64,000 bases of DNA from the human T2T-CHM13v2.0 reference genome, Homo sapiens: the NCBI RefSeq assembly GCF_009914755.1, contig NC_060934.1, one strand, 5' to 3'. Positions 1-13,400 of the stretch are shown piece by piece. The translations under genes and the position numbers were made by a program. The notes under the pieces are model-generated. The model saw nothing but the letters and a program-made list of their open reading frames with translations. It ran no database searches and was not told the origin of the DNA. Position 1 is the first letter of the stretch. Each line of letters opens with the position of its first letter.

Positions 1-148
1 GCACACGCCTGTAATCCCAGCTACTCGGGAGGCTGAGATGGGAGAATAGCTTGAACCCCAGGAAGCAGAAGTTGCAGTGAGCTGAGTTCGTGCCATTGCA
101 CTCCAGCCTGGGCAACAACAGCAAAACTCCATCTCAAAAAAAAAAAAA
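1..148 (+). mobile_element. Alu (AluS-type) right arm and poly(A), cut by window edge
   Basis: cctgtaatcccagctactcgggaggctgag...gttgcagtgagctgag...actccatctc followed by an A-tail. Confidence 0.97.
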
Positions 149-149
149 G

Positions 150-790
150 TCATCCAGGTGTACATTCAAGATTTGCACATTTTACAATAGGCAAGTTATA
201 TCACAATAAACAAAGCATGGAGAGGAATAAAAGACCACGACAAATGTTGCAGAGTGTGCAGCAACTGGAATTTTTAGAAACTAATGTTGGGAGTGTAAAT
301 TGGTATCATTAAAAAATATTGTCAAATGTCTACCAAAGATGTATCCCACCTCTTTCATTCCTAGTTATAAATCCAACATAAGTATTCCCATAACAACATG
401 CTTTTGCATAGCCAAATATGAAAATAATTTAATTTTTCATTCACTGTAGTAGATAAACTGTGGTATACTCATTCAGTGAAATACTACCCAGCAATGAAAA
501 TGAATAATGAAAGCATCAGGCAAAATGGGATGAAATTCATGGATGTAACATTGCCTGAAAGAAAGAAGACAGAATATTCTGTGATTCAATGTATATAATG
601 TTCAAAATCATTAAAATTTATATAGGATGACAGAAGTTAGAAATGTATTAGGGTATGTATTAGACAGTGAATATAAAGGCAGTTTCTAGAATTTTGTTTA
701 TGTTCTATTAATCTGAGTGGTGGTTATGTGGATGTGTGCACTTTGAGAAAATTCTTCATGCTGAACATTGATGGTTAACAACACCTTTAT
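150..790 (+). mobile_element. Old L1 (L1ME/L1MD-type) 3'-end fragments
   Basis: Degenerate L1 3' motifs: gttgggagtgtaaattggta, gataaactgtggtatactcattcagtgaaatactacccagcaatgaaaatgaa, ctgagtggtggttatgtggatgtg. Confidence 0.65.
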
Positions 791-1489
791 AAGCATATGT
801 TTTAAGTCTTTTAAAATTTAGATAATTTGAATATATTATATACTTCACTATTTTCTCACACAATGAATTTAATTAGACTCATAATGCAATTAAGAAATTG
901 AATTAGATTGTTAATAAATTTCAAAACACTGTGTACCTACAATAAAATTGCTCATATAGCTCTAATCTCACAGAAGTTTAGAGACAGAAGAAGCTTTTGG
1001 TTTTTATGAAAGCTTATCTCCTTGCGTTTACATGTGATGTTGATGCAGTTCAGGCAGTCTACCTCACATGGGTGATTAGTTGCAAAACTGGGGCTAGATC
1101 CGACTTCCTGACTGCCACTGTAGTACTCTCTCCAAATGACTCGGTATCTTATTTAACTTACTGGAGTCTGGTATAAAATAATAGGAATGTTGGGAAATAA
1201 TTTTTATCTTGCCTGGTTCTCTAAATGTATTTTTACAAATCTTAAAAGTAATGAAGTGATTTAAGTATTTAATTTAGGATTTATATTTTACACATTTTAG
1301 TCTTAAGTGTGTTTAGAAGAACTAAAGCAATTATAACTCCATCCATTTGTCACCAAGCTGTATAATAGTTTTCTAATTTTTTCAAACTTCACAAATAATT
1401 TTGTACAAATGTGTGCAATTTACAAGTAATTTCTTTAAACCGGTTATATAGTCCTGGTTGGAAACCAATATAAATAAATATGTTTCAAA

Positions 1490-1600
1490 AAAACAGTAAT
1501 TACCTACCACGTGACAAGCACCTTATCAAGTTGTTGAGACACATGTTAAGCAGATCAGATACTGGGCTTGCTCACATACAGCTTCCACGGTAGTGATGAA
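1490..1600 (-). mobile_element. L2 fragment
   Basis: tacctaccacgtgacaagcac...gcttgctcacatacagcttccac resembles the reverse complement of the L2 3' end. Confidence 0.45.
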
Positions 1601-1654
1601 TTAAGGCATTCATCACTTAATCACTAACATCTCCTACCCCCTCACCCCCAACAC

Positions 1655-3932
1655 ACACAGAAACTGTGAACTATACAGAAAACTGTGATCTCTGCAGAGT
1701 GTGAGATGGAGAGAGATGACTGCCCTGACACACACTCCCACAGGGGAACCAGGTAATCCAGGTGACAGCCACTGGGAAGACCTTAAATCCTACCCAGTGC
1801 TGGAGCTGATTTAGCGACAGGTGAGGAATTTATGAGAAGGAAGAGCGCTGGGACATGCTTTGCATGCACTTCCAGACTCCAGCAAGAATGGATGGAAGCT
1901 TTCCTGATCCTACCTCACAGAAGAGCTCATGGATGTCAGCCAGCTAACTCAGGCTTCAGTCGCAGGTTGAGAAAAATTCCCAACTGAGATTTGTCATATA
2001 ATATTGAGTGGGGATGAACCCCATTGGCCAGAATCAAGGGGCAAGTGGGAAGCATGCTAAAGCTGTGGACTTGGAAGCTGGGTGCCCCTGATTTATAGGC
2101 AAGTCAGGAGGGACATGGCCTGAAAGCCGTGGTTTCTGTCTCCATCAGGAAGGCTTATACCTGGAGCAGTTTTTGGTTCTCAACACGGGCTGCCAGGAAA
2201 CCAGCTAGCTGCTGTCAGCAGAACCCTGCAAGTGTGAGACTTGCCTTACCAAATGTTTGAGAGCTGAGTGGGCCTAATTTTTGTTTAATTTTCCTGCTCC
2301 CCATGCGCATTCTTTTGTGCAGCAGAGGCAGTGGCATTCCTCCCCAGAATTACCCCAGCGGCCAGAAAACTGCCCTCTGATCCCTACCAGGGCCAACGCT
2401 TGTGCCTGCACATGGGGAGTCAGAGCACGAACTTGCCCCTCCACCTGACCTGGTAGCATAACACAATGGACAGGGACATTTGGGAGCTCCATGGCTCTGC
2501 CCGTTGGCTGAGACACTACAGTACCACCCCTGGGTAACATAAGGCAAGCACAAATTCCACTGCTACCACTACAGCTGGTGCTGTTTTGCAAGTGCTATCT
2601 CCTGGCTGGAGGCCAACTGGCACAGCCCATTACATCTACAGGCACAGTAACACAGTGCTCAGGAAATAGAAAATGTTTGTGTGACCTCAGATATCACCAC
2701 TGCCTGCTTCACCCTGGCTAACCAGAAGGTCCTGAGTCTATCCACATGACCAGCTCATTACCACTACAGCTGGCATTTGGGAAAGCCAACACACACAGGC
2801 TATTTATAACAAAGGAAATCCGAGTCTACATCACTCTCCTTTCACCCCATCAGAGCTGGTACTGCCTCTATGAGACTAGAGGACAGGTCACACCACTGGA
2901 TCCCTTTGCAAATATTCCCCAGCACCACCCTGGAGTGTGGCAGCCACGGTGGGCAGCTAGACCCAGAGGAGCAGCAGGATTCACAGTAATCTGGCCCTCA
3001 GGGACTGCTATTCCTGCAAGAAGGAGGAGCACGTAACATTAAAGGAGTGCCCTGTGGCACAAAAGAAACCAGACTGCAGGCCTGGAGGCCCTGAACTTTC
3101 CACTTGTGGGAAGTTTCTTTCAGCAGAGGCACAGGTGCAGTGATGGGCTGAGTGGGAAAAGTCTGTGGCTCTACTCCAACAGTCAAGCAGCCTTGGTGCT
3201 CATGAAGGGTATTGGAAAAAGAAACTTCTTCTTTCCCTTATCTACCACTGTAGAAACAACTGGGGCTTCTCTCATGAGAGCTCAGCATGGATACATCTTT
3301 AGACAACCTTTCTGGAATACTTCAGGGTGACTACAATCAATAGGAGGAGTGCCCTCCAGGTTCAGGCTTGCATGAGAGGTAGAGTCACAACCTCTCTGTA
3401 CATGGAACATCAGCATTGTTGAAGACGGAAAGAGATGCGTGTCTGATCTGAACAACTGGAACACCAGGTCAGGAGTGTGACTGGGTGAGGGGGCGTGGAT
3501 CACTTTCCTGCAGGCCTGGAAGGACAGCTGTGGTGGCTCCCTTCCTTCCCTCTGAAAAGACTTCAGTGCATTTCGCTGAGAGCTAGCTTCCCCACCCACC
3601 TCTGACAAGGTGGACACCTCCGCCCACCATTGGGATATTGCATTTACCCACCTGCTTCAGCGACATTTCTGTTTTTCCCATGGACACCCCCTACTGGCAT
3701 GAAGCCTGAGGTATTTAACCAGTGAATAAATTAATGGGAAAAAAATTAAGTAAACACCACTGGGAAGCAAGATAAACTTAATGAGATCTCTGCCATTACA
3801 ACCCCACAAAAGACAGTAAGCCTGCTAACATACCAAGTACATTGCTACTACAACCAGTATCTGAGAAAACCACACAAAGTCTCTCTAAAACCAAGGAACT
3901 CATACAGAGTCTTTGCCAATGAAGGAACCCAG
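1655..3932 (+). mobile_element. Isolated L1 5' UTR (L1PB/L1MA-era)
   Basis: GC-richer block. Its start (aaactgtga..agagtgtgaga..acacacactcccacaggggaa..ctggagctgatttag) is visibly homologous to the reverse complement of the L1PB 5' UTR at 21540-21660. It ends at aaccaaggaactcatacagagtc...ggaacccagag with no ORF1/ORF2 following. Confidence 0.75.
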
Positions 3933-3959
3933 AGTTTTTGTTTGTATGTTAGCTAAACT

Positions 3960-3978
3960 TGTGTGTGTGTGTGTGTGT
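3960..3978. repeat. (TG)n microsatellite
   Basis: Direct read. Confidence 0.9.
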
Positions 3979-4201
3979 TTTCTTTGATGAGTGAAAGAGA
4001 ACTGGAAAGGAAAGGAGAAAATAAAGAATATCAGTTCTGTGTTTGGGGAGGGGTATGTTTGTGTATTTCCCCTCTGGAGACTTCTATGCCATCTGGCTTT
4101 CTGAAAAAAACATATTGAAGAGAATACATTTTTACTCAATTACATTAAAACAGGAGATAGTGACAATTAGGAATTATGCATGCAAATTTAGAAAAGACAT
4201 A

Positions 4202-4895
4202 TAGTAACCCTTCCTTATCTGTAGGGGATATATTCTAAGACCCCCAATAGATGACTGAAACCATGAATAATACCTATATATTATGTATTTTTCTATACAC
4301 ACATACGTATGATAAAGTTAAATTTATACATTAGACATAGTAAGAGATTAACAACAATAACTAATAATAAAATAGAAGAGTTATAACAATATATTATACT
4401 AAAAGTTATATAAATGTGGTCTCTCTCAAAATATCTTATTGTACTGGTACTCAGGCTTTTCCTTCATGGGATGATATGAAGTGATAAAATGTCTTCTTGA
4501 TGAGGTGAAGTAAGGTGAATGACATAGGCATTGTGACATAGCATTAGGTTACTATTGATTTCTGGCAACGCATCCAAAGGAGGATCATCTACTTGGATGA
4601 TTCTGGATTATCCAGCCATGACATTGTCGATGGTTGGATGTCAGGAGCAGAGGATGATGACAACTAAAAAGCAGGTACCATATACAGCATGGATGTGCTG
4701 GACAAAGGGAGATTCATGCCATGGGCACGATGGGGCAGAATGATGTAAGATTTTATCATGCTACTCAGAATGACCTGCAACTTAAAACATGAATCGTTCA
4801 TTTCTAGAATTTTCTGTTTAGTATTTTCAGACTGCTGTTGACCACTGGTAACTGAAATCACAGAAAGTAAAATCACAGGCAAGGGGAAACTACAG
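4202..4895 (-). mobile_element. MER44 (Tigger7-derived TcMar MITE, ~700-bp MER44C/D size class)
   Basis: Degenerate TIRs tagtaacccttccttatct and aggcaaggggaaactacag, flanked by TA (4200-4201 and 4896-4897). Reverse complement reads ...ttcagttaccagtggtcaacagcagtctgaaaatact...tctgagtagcatgataaaatct, as in MER44. Confidence 0.85.
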
Positions 4896-5229
4896 TATAA
4901 AGAGGCTACATTTCAACTTTTGAAGAACAATTCTCCTATTTATCACTAATATATAATTAGTAATATCTTTTAAAACATATGTGAAAATAGGGTTACCTTA
5001 GTTGAAAAAAATGAGAGACAAAGGGTAATAGAGTACATCATGTAATAGAGTAAATAAAGGATAATAGTATATCTGTTAAAACCACAAGAATAAATTTTAA
5101 ATCCCATATTCAATTGCTAAATCATCACCTTTTCCTTTTGTACAGTTTTTATTAACCTGGTTGTATTCAGTCAGTTGAGAGATGAAATGATCTCTGATCA
5201 CCACTTTGAAAACTCAGTGGTGGATTCAT

Positions 5230-5765
5230 CTTAGTGTAAGGCATGAATGGACCTCAGCAGTGCAGGAGATGGACCCTATCTGATACCTCTGTTGTCCTGC
5301 TTCACATCTTGTTGGCCTCACTTTTGATTCTAGCCTCATGCGCAGCACATATTCATGTGTGTACTTTTATTCGCTTCCTTCTATAAACATTTTACATAAG
5401 CACGTTCTTTCAGCTTTCACTCTTTGTCCTGGCATTTCTCCCACACAGTGAATACCAATAGGAGGCCTCTTGAAAGGAAGTGAGTTAACTTCTTGGGGAT
5501 AGCCCTCAACCAGTGGTAGCAAAAGGCCATGTAAAACAGGCTTCTCCCTGTCTTCCTTATGTGGATAGTGCTCAAGATCATTCTATGTGCTCTTCAGAAA
5601 ATCCCTGGCCTGGTTGTTTTGACCCTAAATGCACCCTTAAGCTAATTTTTCTTCCTTGTTTTACTGTAGTCTGTTCTTCACTCCTATTCCCACGGAGCAA
5701 CTTCCAAAGAAATCTCATATATACAAGTTTGTGAACAAGGTCCTGCTGCTGGGAAAACCTCAAGC
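5230..5765 (+). mobile_element. ERVL LTR (LTR16/LTR33-like)
   Basis: 3' end ttcactcctattcccacggagcaacttccaaagaaa...caagg tcctgctgctgggaaaacct resembles LTR16/33 termini. Confidence 0.5.
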
Positions 5766-6179
5766 CTCTCTCTCTCTCTCTCTCTCTCATATACATAACA
5801 CACACACACCCCATCCACCCATTAAAAGAAAAAATTCATTCAATGATTATTTTCTTACCATTTATGCTGCCCCTTAAATATTTTTTCCTTTTTTATTTCT
5901 TTCTGTTCTTAAACATCTAATACAGATGTGTCTATTCTGTTTTACATTTTAAAATTGAAACACATTACGTTTATTTTACTATGTGTTGGTGGATGATGAA
6001 AAAAATAAAGTCTAAATGATACCAAAACAACCAATCAGCCTAGTTACTTGGATCAAAATACTTCCTTGGTTCTATGATAATGAAAATGACAGTGGAACAC
6101 TTTTTTAAAGAATAAATGCCCTTTCTTTTTCTTTATACCATCACCAATGCCTAGCGTTGTGTTAAGCACAGAATAAAAA

Positions 6180-6340
6180 GGTATTTAGAACTTACTCTGT
6201 CCTAGGTGCTATATAGTTAATATCATTTAAAAATTCCTCACAATTTTTTTGATGTGTGTAGTATTTTTATTCTTCTCATCCTCTTTGTACATCTGAGGCA
6301 TAGAGAGGCAAGGCACTTGCCCATATTTATACATCTCGTG
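6180..6340 (-). mobile_element. MIR
   Basis: acttactctgtcctaggtgct...tcctcacaa...ctgaggcatagagaggcaaggcacttgccca core. Confidence 0.55.
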
Positions 6341-6479
6341 ACTATGTGTTGAAGGAGTTGGCTATGATTGTCACTATGTAGTATGTCATTATGACATAAT
6401 ATTTTTGAGAAGACATATGTACAATTAGAGTAGACACAATTTAGGTATTTAAGAATGACTGCTTACTGAGTATGATATT

Positions 6480-6993
6480 TCTTGTATAGCCAGATTAAGC
6501 CTCGGAATAATGTTTCCCAGAAACCCTTTATATTAGTGATTCTGGTTTAGAGTTGGCTAAACAGAAACTTTTCTATAAGATTTATAAGGTAAAATTCAAG
6601 TGGAAATCATTGCTCTCAGAAAGTTGTCACAGACACTGTGACCAATGGAAGCAGAAATGTGAGTAGATGCACGTTGTTTTCACTCTCTTAAACTCCCTTT
6701 ATGCCCAGCTCTTTTCCCCAACAGCCCTTCTCATTCACCAGCAGTAGCCCAAGACACATCATCAGATGGATAACTATAGCCTAAAGGACTCCCCTTCATA
6801 GTTCCACTTTGGTTGCTGGCCATGTTTCCTTTCTCAGTCAACTGGCTGGTGATGCCTCTTATCATGCAACTCCCCCTTTCAAGTTTTCATTTCCCTGGCT
6901 CTTCCCACAATTGAATAAAATCGAATTCCTATAATAAATCTCTTATCCTATTACTCACAGTGGTTCTGCTTCTCTGATTTAACAAGTGATACA
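6480..6993 (+). mobile_element. ERVL LTR (LTR41/LTR52-like), 5' boundary uncertain
   Basis: Ends attcctataataaatctctt...cagtggttctgcttctctgat...tgataca. Confidence 0.5.
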
Positions 6994-8836
6994 CTTGTCA
7001 ACATATATTTATCCAAGAAAAAAGTAAAAGTCTTGATCTTGCCCTCAAAATATTTTTCATTTTGAAAATATAGTATCAACTAATCATTTTGGAAAAAATC
7101 AAAATGCAATATATGCATTTCCATAATTGTATAATGGCTAACATTTGGAAGGTTGTATCACATGTTTATTATTTAATATTTAAATGATAATATTAATACT
7201 TAAGTGATAATATTATTTAATATTTAAATAATTATATTAATAGTATTTAATATTAATCACATGTTTAATAAACATGCATCACATGTTTATTATATAATAT
7301 TTAGCATATATTTCTGCATAAATGCTTTTGAATACTCACATTGCTTTGTGATATAGAAAAAGATCATGATGAATGAGATAAATGACTAATACTGATATTC
7401 AAAAGCTTTAAAATTGTAGTCACCAGGGAGCTTAAAACACAACAAGACTATTTTAACAACCAATTAAAAAGAAGCACTCAACATTTCTAAGAAAAGCCTA
7501 AGTCAAGGAACACATTTATATACATCATGATTTAGGCTTATATGTACTTACTATAGAAAGGACTTTGTCAAGAATCACTATACAATGTTAGCAACATGGT
7601 ACCTTGTTTGAAATGACGTACATTAAAAATAATAAAAGCAAATAAATCATTGATGGCATTTGAAATTGTTTCCCTACAGATGGATAAAAATATAAATTAG
7701 AATCACAATAGTAGTTATGATTGTAATAATTATAATAAATATATACAAATGTATGCAAATGCTGTACATGTGCGTATATATGTCATATATTTTATACATT
7801 TATACATATATACCATTTTAAATATTTATTACTGTGAAAACAATTTTTCATTTATGTTATTTCATGTGATTGGATGTAGAGGCAAGAAATGGACACACAT
7901 CCAAACAAGTGAATAAAATTATGTCAATTATATAGTTTATTTGATAAATGTCAAAATAAAGTTCTCAAATTATGTTTTTTGAACACGGGAAACATATTCA
8001 AAATAGATTGTGAACACAGAGTTAAAAACAGAGACTTGTAGTTGAATACACATTGAAAAGCTGGATTATGAAAAGTTCAACAGACGTCTTTACAAATACA
8101 GGTTTAATGTGCATATGAATTTGCATATTAGTTGGAGGAAATAGAGTACAGCATTTCCCAAGTTATTTGATCATAGCTTTTCTTTTGTAGTCATGTTCTA
8201 CTAAATGTGATTTGGCTCATCTTGGTATACAAAATAGAGGTAAATAATTTGCCCTTTACTGTGATCGCATCTCCAAACCAAAGAAAATATTTTCATCTTC
8301 TGTTAATAAAAATGACTAAATACAACTTACGTATTCTTACGTTTTGCAATTGCAAAAATAGTTTCTATTATGCAGCTCATTTTTCTTTATTTAAAAGTAA
8401 TAATATGGCATGGGGGAAAAACTCTAAACATGCTTTATGAATGTTTGGATGATTAAAATTAAAACACTCCAGAACTGAGTGAGCAGATTTGTCAGGTCAA
8501 ATTCTCGGCCTATATTTGCCTCTGTAGCATATGAAGGTAGGGTAGTTATCACAATGGTCCCTAGGGTGCACATTTAGAGATTGTATACCAGGGTACTCTC
8601 TGTCCATGCAGGGGCTATGCAATGCTCTCTGGCTGCATAGTTTTCACTTATGAAATGTGATCGTTGCAGCCAGAAATTAGAAACAGACTGAGATACAGGC
8701 TCTCCTCTAAGTCAGTATTTTTCTTTCCAGAACTGAATCTTAAAATTGCTGACCAAAACATTTTCCCTTGTGGAGATGAAATTCAGGTTTATTAAAGCAC
8801 CTAGGAGAACTATTCTAGTGACACAATATCATTTTC

Positions 8837-8892
<56 letters not shown>
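8837..8892. repeat. (TA)n(TG)n compound microsatellite
   Basis: Direct read; about 22 TG units. Confidence 0.95.
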
Positions 8893-8895
<3 letters not shown>

Positions 8896-10129
8896 AAATA
8901 TATATAGGAAAAAATATAGGAAAATATATATAAACTTTGCTTAAAAGAAAAATGAATCAACTTTTCATAAATGCTATTTCATGTAACTTTCTAATTCAAG
9001 GCCACCTATGCTTGAATCTCGCAGAGAATGCTCCAGCACCAGGATGCTTAGTTTCCAATGAAAAGAGAAACTGCAAGTAGAGCCCAATATACATTGTTAA
9101 TTCTTTCTTATTTCTCTGAACCTTGATATACCTAGCTTTATTTTTTAAATATAATTTTTCTCCTTGTATAATATGGCATCTTGACATGTCTATGTTATTA
9201 TAAGAAATAAAATTGCTTTTTTCTACTTCTCATCTCTCTTATTAAAAAGACAGCAATCACTCCTTTTATCAAAGTAATAGTAATGCAAAATATCTTTTCT
9301 TGAACTTCTTGTAATGGATCTGCAAGTTAACAAATGGGTATGGGTATAGTAACAAAAGATTCTCCCTTGCTTGCACATTGCTTTCCCTCTTCTGTCTGAT
9401 TTTAGGTTTAATTGTCACTCTCTTGGGTCTTTCATTTCTTTGAAAGGTGGTGAATTAGATTCCATAAATCTTAATCAAATTAAAATTACCCTAAAATGTA
9501 ATTAAAGCAATCTGAAAATGATTGCCTCTAAAAGACATCTTGGTATAATGGAAACAGTAGCAAGAGGAGGATTGTCTGGATTCAAATACTCTCTGAAAGA
9601 TAAATTACAATATTTTGTAAAAGCCATTTTTTAATTACAGGGCCATCATTCATCATCTAGCAAACAATAGCTACTGACAACTTAATTAAAATGCCTAATA
9701 GACATTACAAAATTGCTTGTATGATCCTTTTTGTTTGAACTATGCTAGTTTAACAAGACACCCAAAGGTCCATAAAAAAATTGTTAATATTCAAAATTCT
9801 TGTAACTCTGTTAATTATGACTGTCTTATCAGTGACCCATTTACACTCACATTACCAGATTCTAAGACACCTGGGCACTTCTAGCCTCTTCCATTAAAAA
9901 GTATTTCTCTACCACTGCTGCATGTGTATTTATTTTTACTTCTGAAGATCTTTCAGACACACTCTCAAGCACACAAAAATATAGTAAAAGATTTCCTGTA
10001 GAATATTTGTACATTTAATCCTCTACCCCGAAAATCTTTGTATTTCTGTCTTCCCAAGCAAAATTTTAATTCAGTGATTTCATTTACCTTACATTTACAT
10101 TTGTTCAATGTGATTTTTCTTTGGGAGGG

Positions 10130-10580
10130 ATTGGGTCACATGTTATAAACCCAACCTCCTGAGAGGCTGGAGGCTGCTATCAGTCATATGGGCAGCTAAT
10201 CATGCTTATGCGATGGAATCTCTATAAAAACTATAACATCAACGTTTGGATGAGCTTCTCTCTTTGGCAATACTCCCGGTGTGTTGTCACATATTCATAC
10301 CAGTACAGTAAAACTGTGCTGACTCCATAAGGAGAGTGCAACTGGTAGCTGCATGTTTGCTACCCTTTTAGACTCTGACCTACGTGTCTCTTGGTTGATT
10401 TTAATATTTCTTTCTTTTCCATGTAATAAACCATATATGTGACTATAACAGCTTTCAGTGAGTTCTATGGGTCATTTTAGTAAATTATGAAACCTGAAGA
10501 TTGTTTTGAGTACTTCCCCAAACTTGCAACTGGTGTCAGAAGAAAAGTGGTCTTGTATGGACTGTTCACTCTAACTTTGC
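10130..10580 (+). mobile_element. MER21 (MER21C-like) LTR, 3' portion
   Basis: gatgagcttctct..ttggcaatactcc..gtgttgtcacatat..., gtaataaaccata..tgactataacagctttcagtgagttct..., aacttgcaactggtgtcagaag. Confidence 0.75.
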
Positions 10581-12507
10581 AGTTGGCTAAATTCTCATAG
10601 TAGTGAATATCTCATTTTACTTTATTGCACTGTTTTCTTTAAACGAGTATCTATTGGTAATTCTTTACTCATTAACTGTGTTTTTTCCTGATTTACACAC
10701 TTACTAATAAGACGTAGTTAAAGGACCAACATATGTAGACATTACATTAGGAAATCATGTGAGACTGTTGCCCATTGAGGGTTGAAGATGGAATAGAGAC
10801 AATGAGGAAAATGATTAGTTATTGTTTGACAAACAATATTAGAAAAAAATAATTCAATGAAGAAACTGAAATTGCTTGAGAATGAATGTTTTCTTCAACA
10901 CAAAAAATGAAATAAGGAAGAATTTAAAGCACTGAAAATTCCACATTGCAGTCTATCTCACAGACATAAATAATAATTTGACTTCAAAATAGAAATTTCT
11001 ATTCTATTTGGAAAGTATAAATTAGGGATATCTTGGGGTTTTACCCCAGGAAAAGCTGGTCGGGGAGGTTTACACAAAGCATGCAAATAATTATATATCC
11101 CAGGCTTCAAGTTACAGAAGTTGCCAAGTTCCAAGTTTTTAGGTTTCAAAAAGGTACTATCATGGTTTATCAGGTAATGAAGGGCTTATAAATGGAGAAA
11201 AGCATTTTGTCCAATAAGGCGCATGTAACAAGTAGGAAAATTTTTCAGGTATTTATTTAAAAAAAAATAAAGATAAAAGTAATACTGGAAAGTAGAAGAA
11301 CTGTATGGGGAAAAAAAGAATAAATTCTCTTTAAGTCTAGAACTGAGATACCCCAAAATGGTCTCACTTATTCAGTTTACTCTAAAGAATGTCTTTGCCA
11401 ATGACTGAGTAATCTTTCTTACATCATTGAGATATTTTATCTTTACACAGATATAGTTTCAGAATATGTAAAATAGCCTGAATGCTTTTGGAAGTTATAA
11501 AGAAATTCAGACATAATCTCTCATCTTGTCGCCTAAATTGTCCAATTTGTTGATAAACTATCATTTCATTGGCATCTGTTCTTCCCACAAGTAAAGTGGA
11601 GCGCCATGTGTTTCTTATATGTGATAGTTAAATTCCATGCTGAAGGCTTGTTTTCCAACTCTAAATGGATTTTCACTAGACCCATACTCAGAATCTCTAA
11701 GCTCCTATACTTTTCTCTTTCTTTTTCCCTAGCAAATGTAAAATAAACCTGAAAAGAAATGAGCTCATTATGCTTTTTCATCTGAAGTAAAAAGAACAGC
11801 AATACCATTCAGGCAGAAGCTGATTTTACAGCTTAGGGCATTTCTTTTAATGTTTCTCTGTATTTCTTCTGGAGTCCTTGTATATGAACTTGCCCAAATT
11901 CTTCAGTCTGAGTCAGCTCGCTGTTAAACTTTTAAGAAGCTCTGGTTATAACTGTAAATTTTTCCCTCCGATGTAGAGACATATTTGGCATTTTGACATC
12001 CTAAATTGTTTCTGACTTACCTTTAGATTTTGCTACTCACCAGCTTTACTACTAAGGGCTTCTTAAGTAGCTATTTCTTGTGACAAAACTGACTGTAATT
12101 TCATCCTTGATAAATGATGCTTTACTGATTTTTCTGTGTAGACGAGAAAGAAAATATATAGCCCAAACTTACCTGACATTCCTCTGAATTCTCATTGAAC
12201 CATATTCTTTTGTATCTAAGCAATTTTTACATTTAAAAGTAGGAACTTTTTGTAGAGTTTATAAATTATTTTTCAAAAATTGCATTATGAATTTCCAAGG
12301 GACCAAAGTATGATTAGTGTACGATGATAACTGTTTTAAGTAATATTTAAAATTTAATGTGGGTATTCAGAAAATTGAAGTCATTTTTCAGGCCCAATAA
12401 ACTAGAGATAGACTTACCAAATAATATTAAAAACCATACTGTAATCATTTTATTGTTAAAAATTAATACTCTTAGAAGTCATTTTTTCTGGCATCAAAAA
12501 TTAATAT

Positions 12508-12624
12508 TTGATAAATATTTATTAAATATCTACTGGTAGATATGATCAGGAATTTATAAGTTACAGTTGATAAATATTATTAACTATCTACTGGTAGATG
12601 TGATCAGGAATTTATGAGTTACAG
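12508..12624. repeat. Tandem duplication of a 59/58-bp unit within an L2 remnant
   Basis: 12508-12566 vs 12567-12624, about 4 differences. Confidence 0.95.
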
Positions 12625-12719
12625 TATGTGAGACATTATCTCTGCTCTTAAAGAAGATATACCATGACTGAGATTAGACCAGTACCTAAAAACAGGTGGT
12701 AAATAATGATAATTTTGAT

Positions 12720-12940
12720 AGTAAGTTTACATAGAACTTACTATGTACCAGGTCTATTTTAAGCACTTCAATTACATTATTTAATTTATTATCACAACTC
12801 TAGGTGTTATTATTATCTACACTTTAGAAAAGAGTCATCTGAGGAGTAAAGACACTAATTTTCTGAAGGCTTAACAGCTGTTAGGTGACAGGCTCAGATT
12901 TAAACCCCAGGTGCCTGGCTCTGGACTCTGTTCACTGCCT
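12720..12940 (-). mobile_element. MIR
   Basis: tacatagaacttactatgtaccagg..ttttaagcactt...tattatctacactttaga...ctgagg...gatttaaaccccagg. Confidence 0.7.
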
Positions 12941-13179
12941 GAAAATTGAAAGACAATAACATTATTGACATTGGAGAGAAAGAACAAAATAGAAGAATGT
13001 GATTTTAGGGCTTAGGAAAAGCTAAGTTCTTGTGCTGACTCCACAGATTTTCAGCTGTATGTCCGAACCTTACTGATCTCTTGCTTCCATCATTCATAAA
13101 ATCTTAACAGCTAAAATTTCCTGAACACTTGCTGGAAATATCCACTGGTAGGTGTGAGGAGAAACTTGCTGACACTTTT

Positions 13180-13400
13180 CTAAGGAACTTACGTGCATTA
13201 TCTCTTCTCATACTTTCAATAAAATCATGAGTTAAAAACTGTTCATTTTGTTGCCATTTTAAAGATAAGGAAACTGAGGCCCTGACAGTTTAAATAATTT
13301 GCCTTAGGTCACAAAACTAGTTTTGTTTCCCCCCTAGAGAGTATGTCTCTACATTAAGACCATGTATGTCTCCATATACTGTCTTAATCACTATACTACA
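13180..13400 (-). mobile_element. MIR
   Basis: ccattttaaagataaggaaactgaggccctgacagtttaaataatttgccttaggtcacaaaactag. Confidence 0.7.

Noticed and set aside
2274-3617. Cluster of 60-111 aa ORFs
   Set aside because: They lie in the GC-richer L1 5' UTR; no recognisable domain; expected by chance
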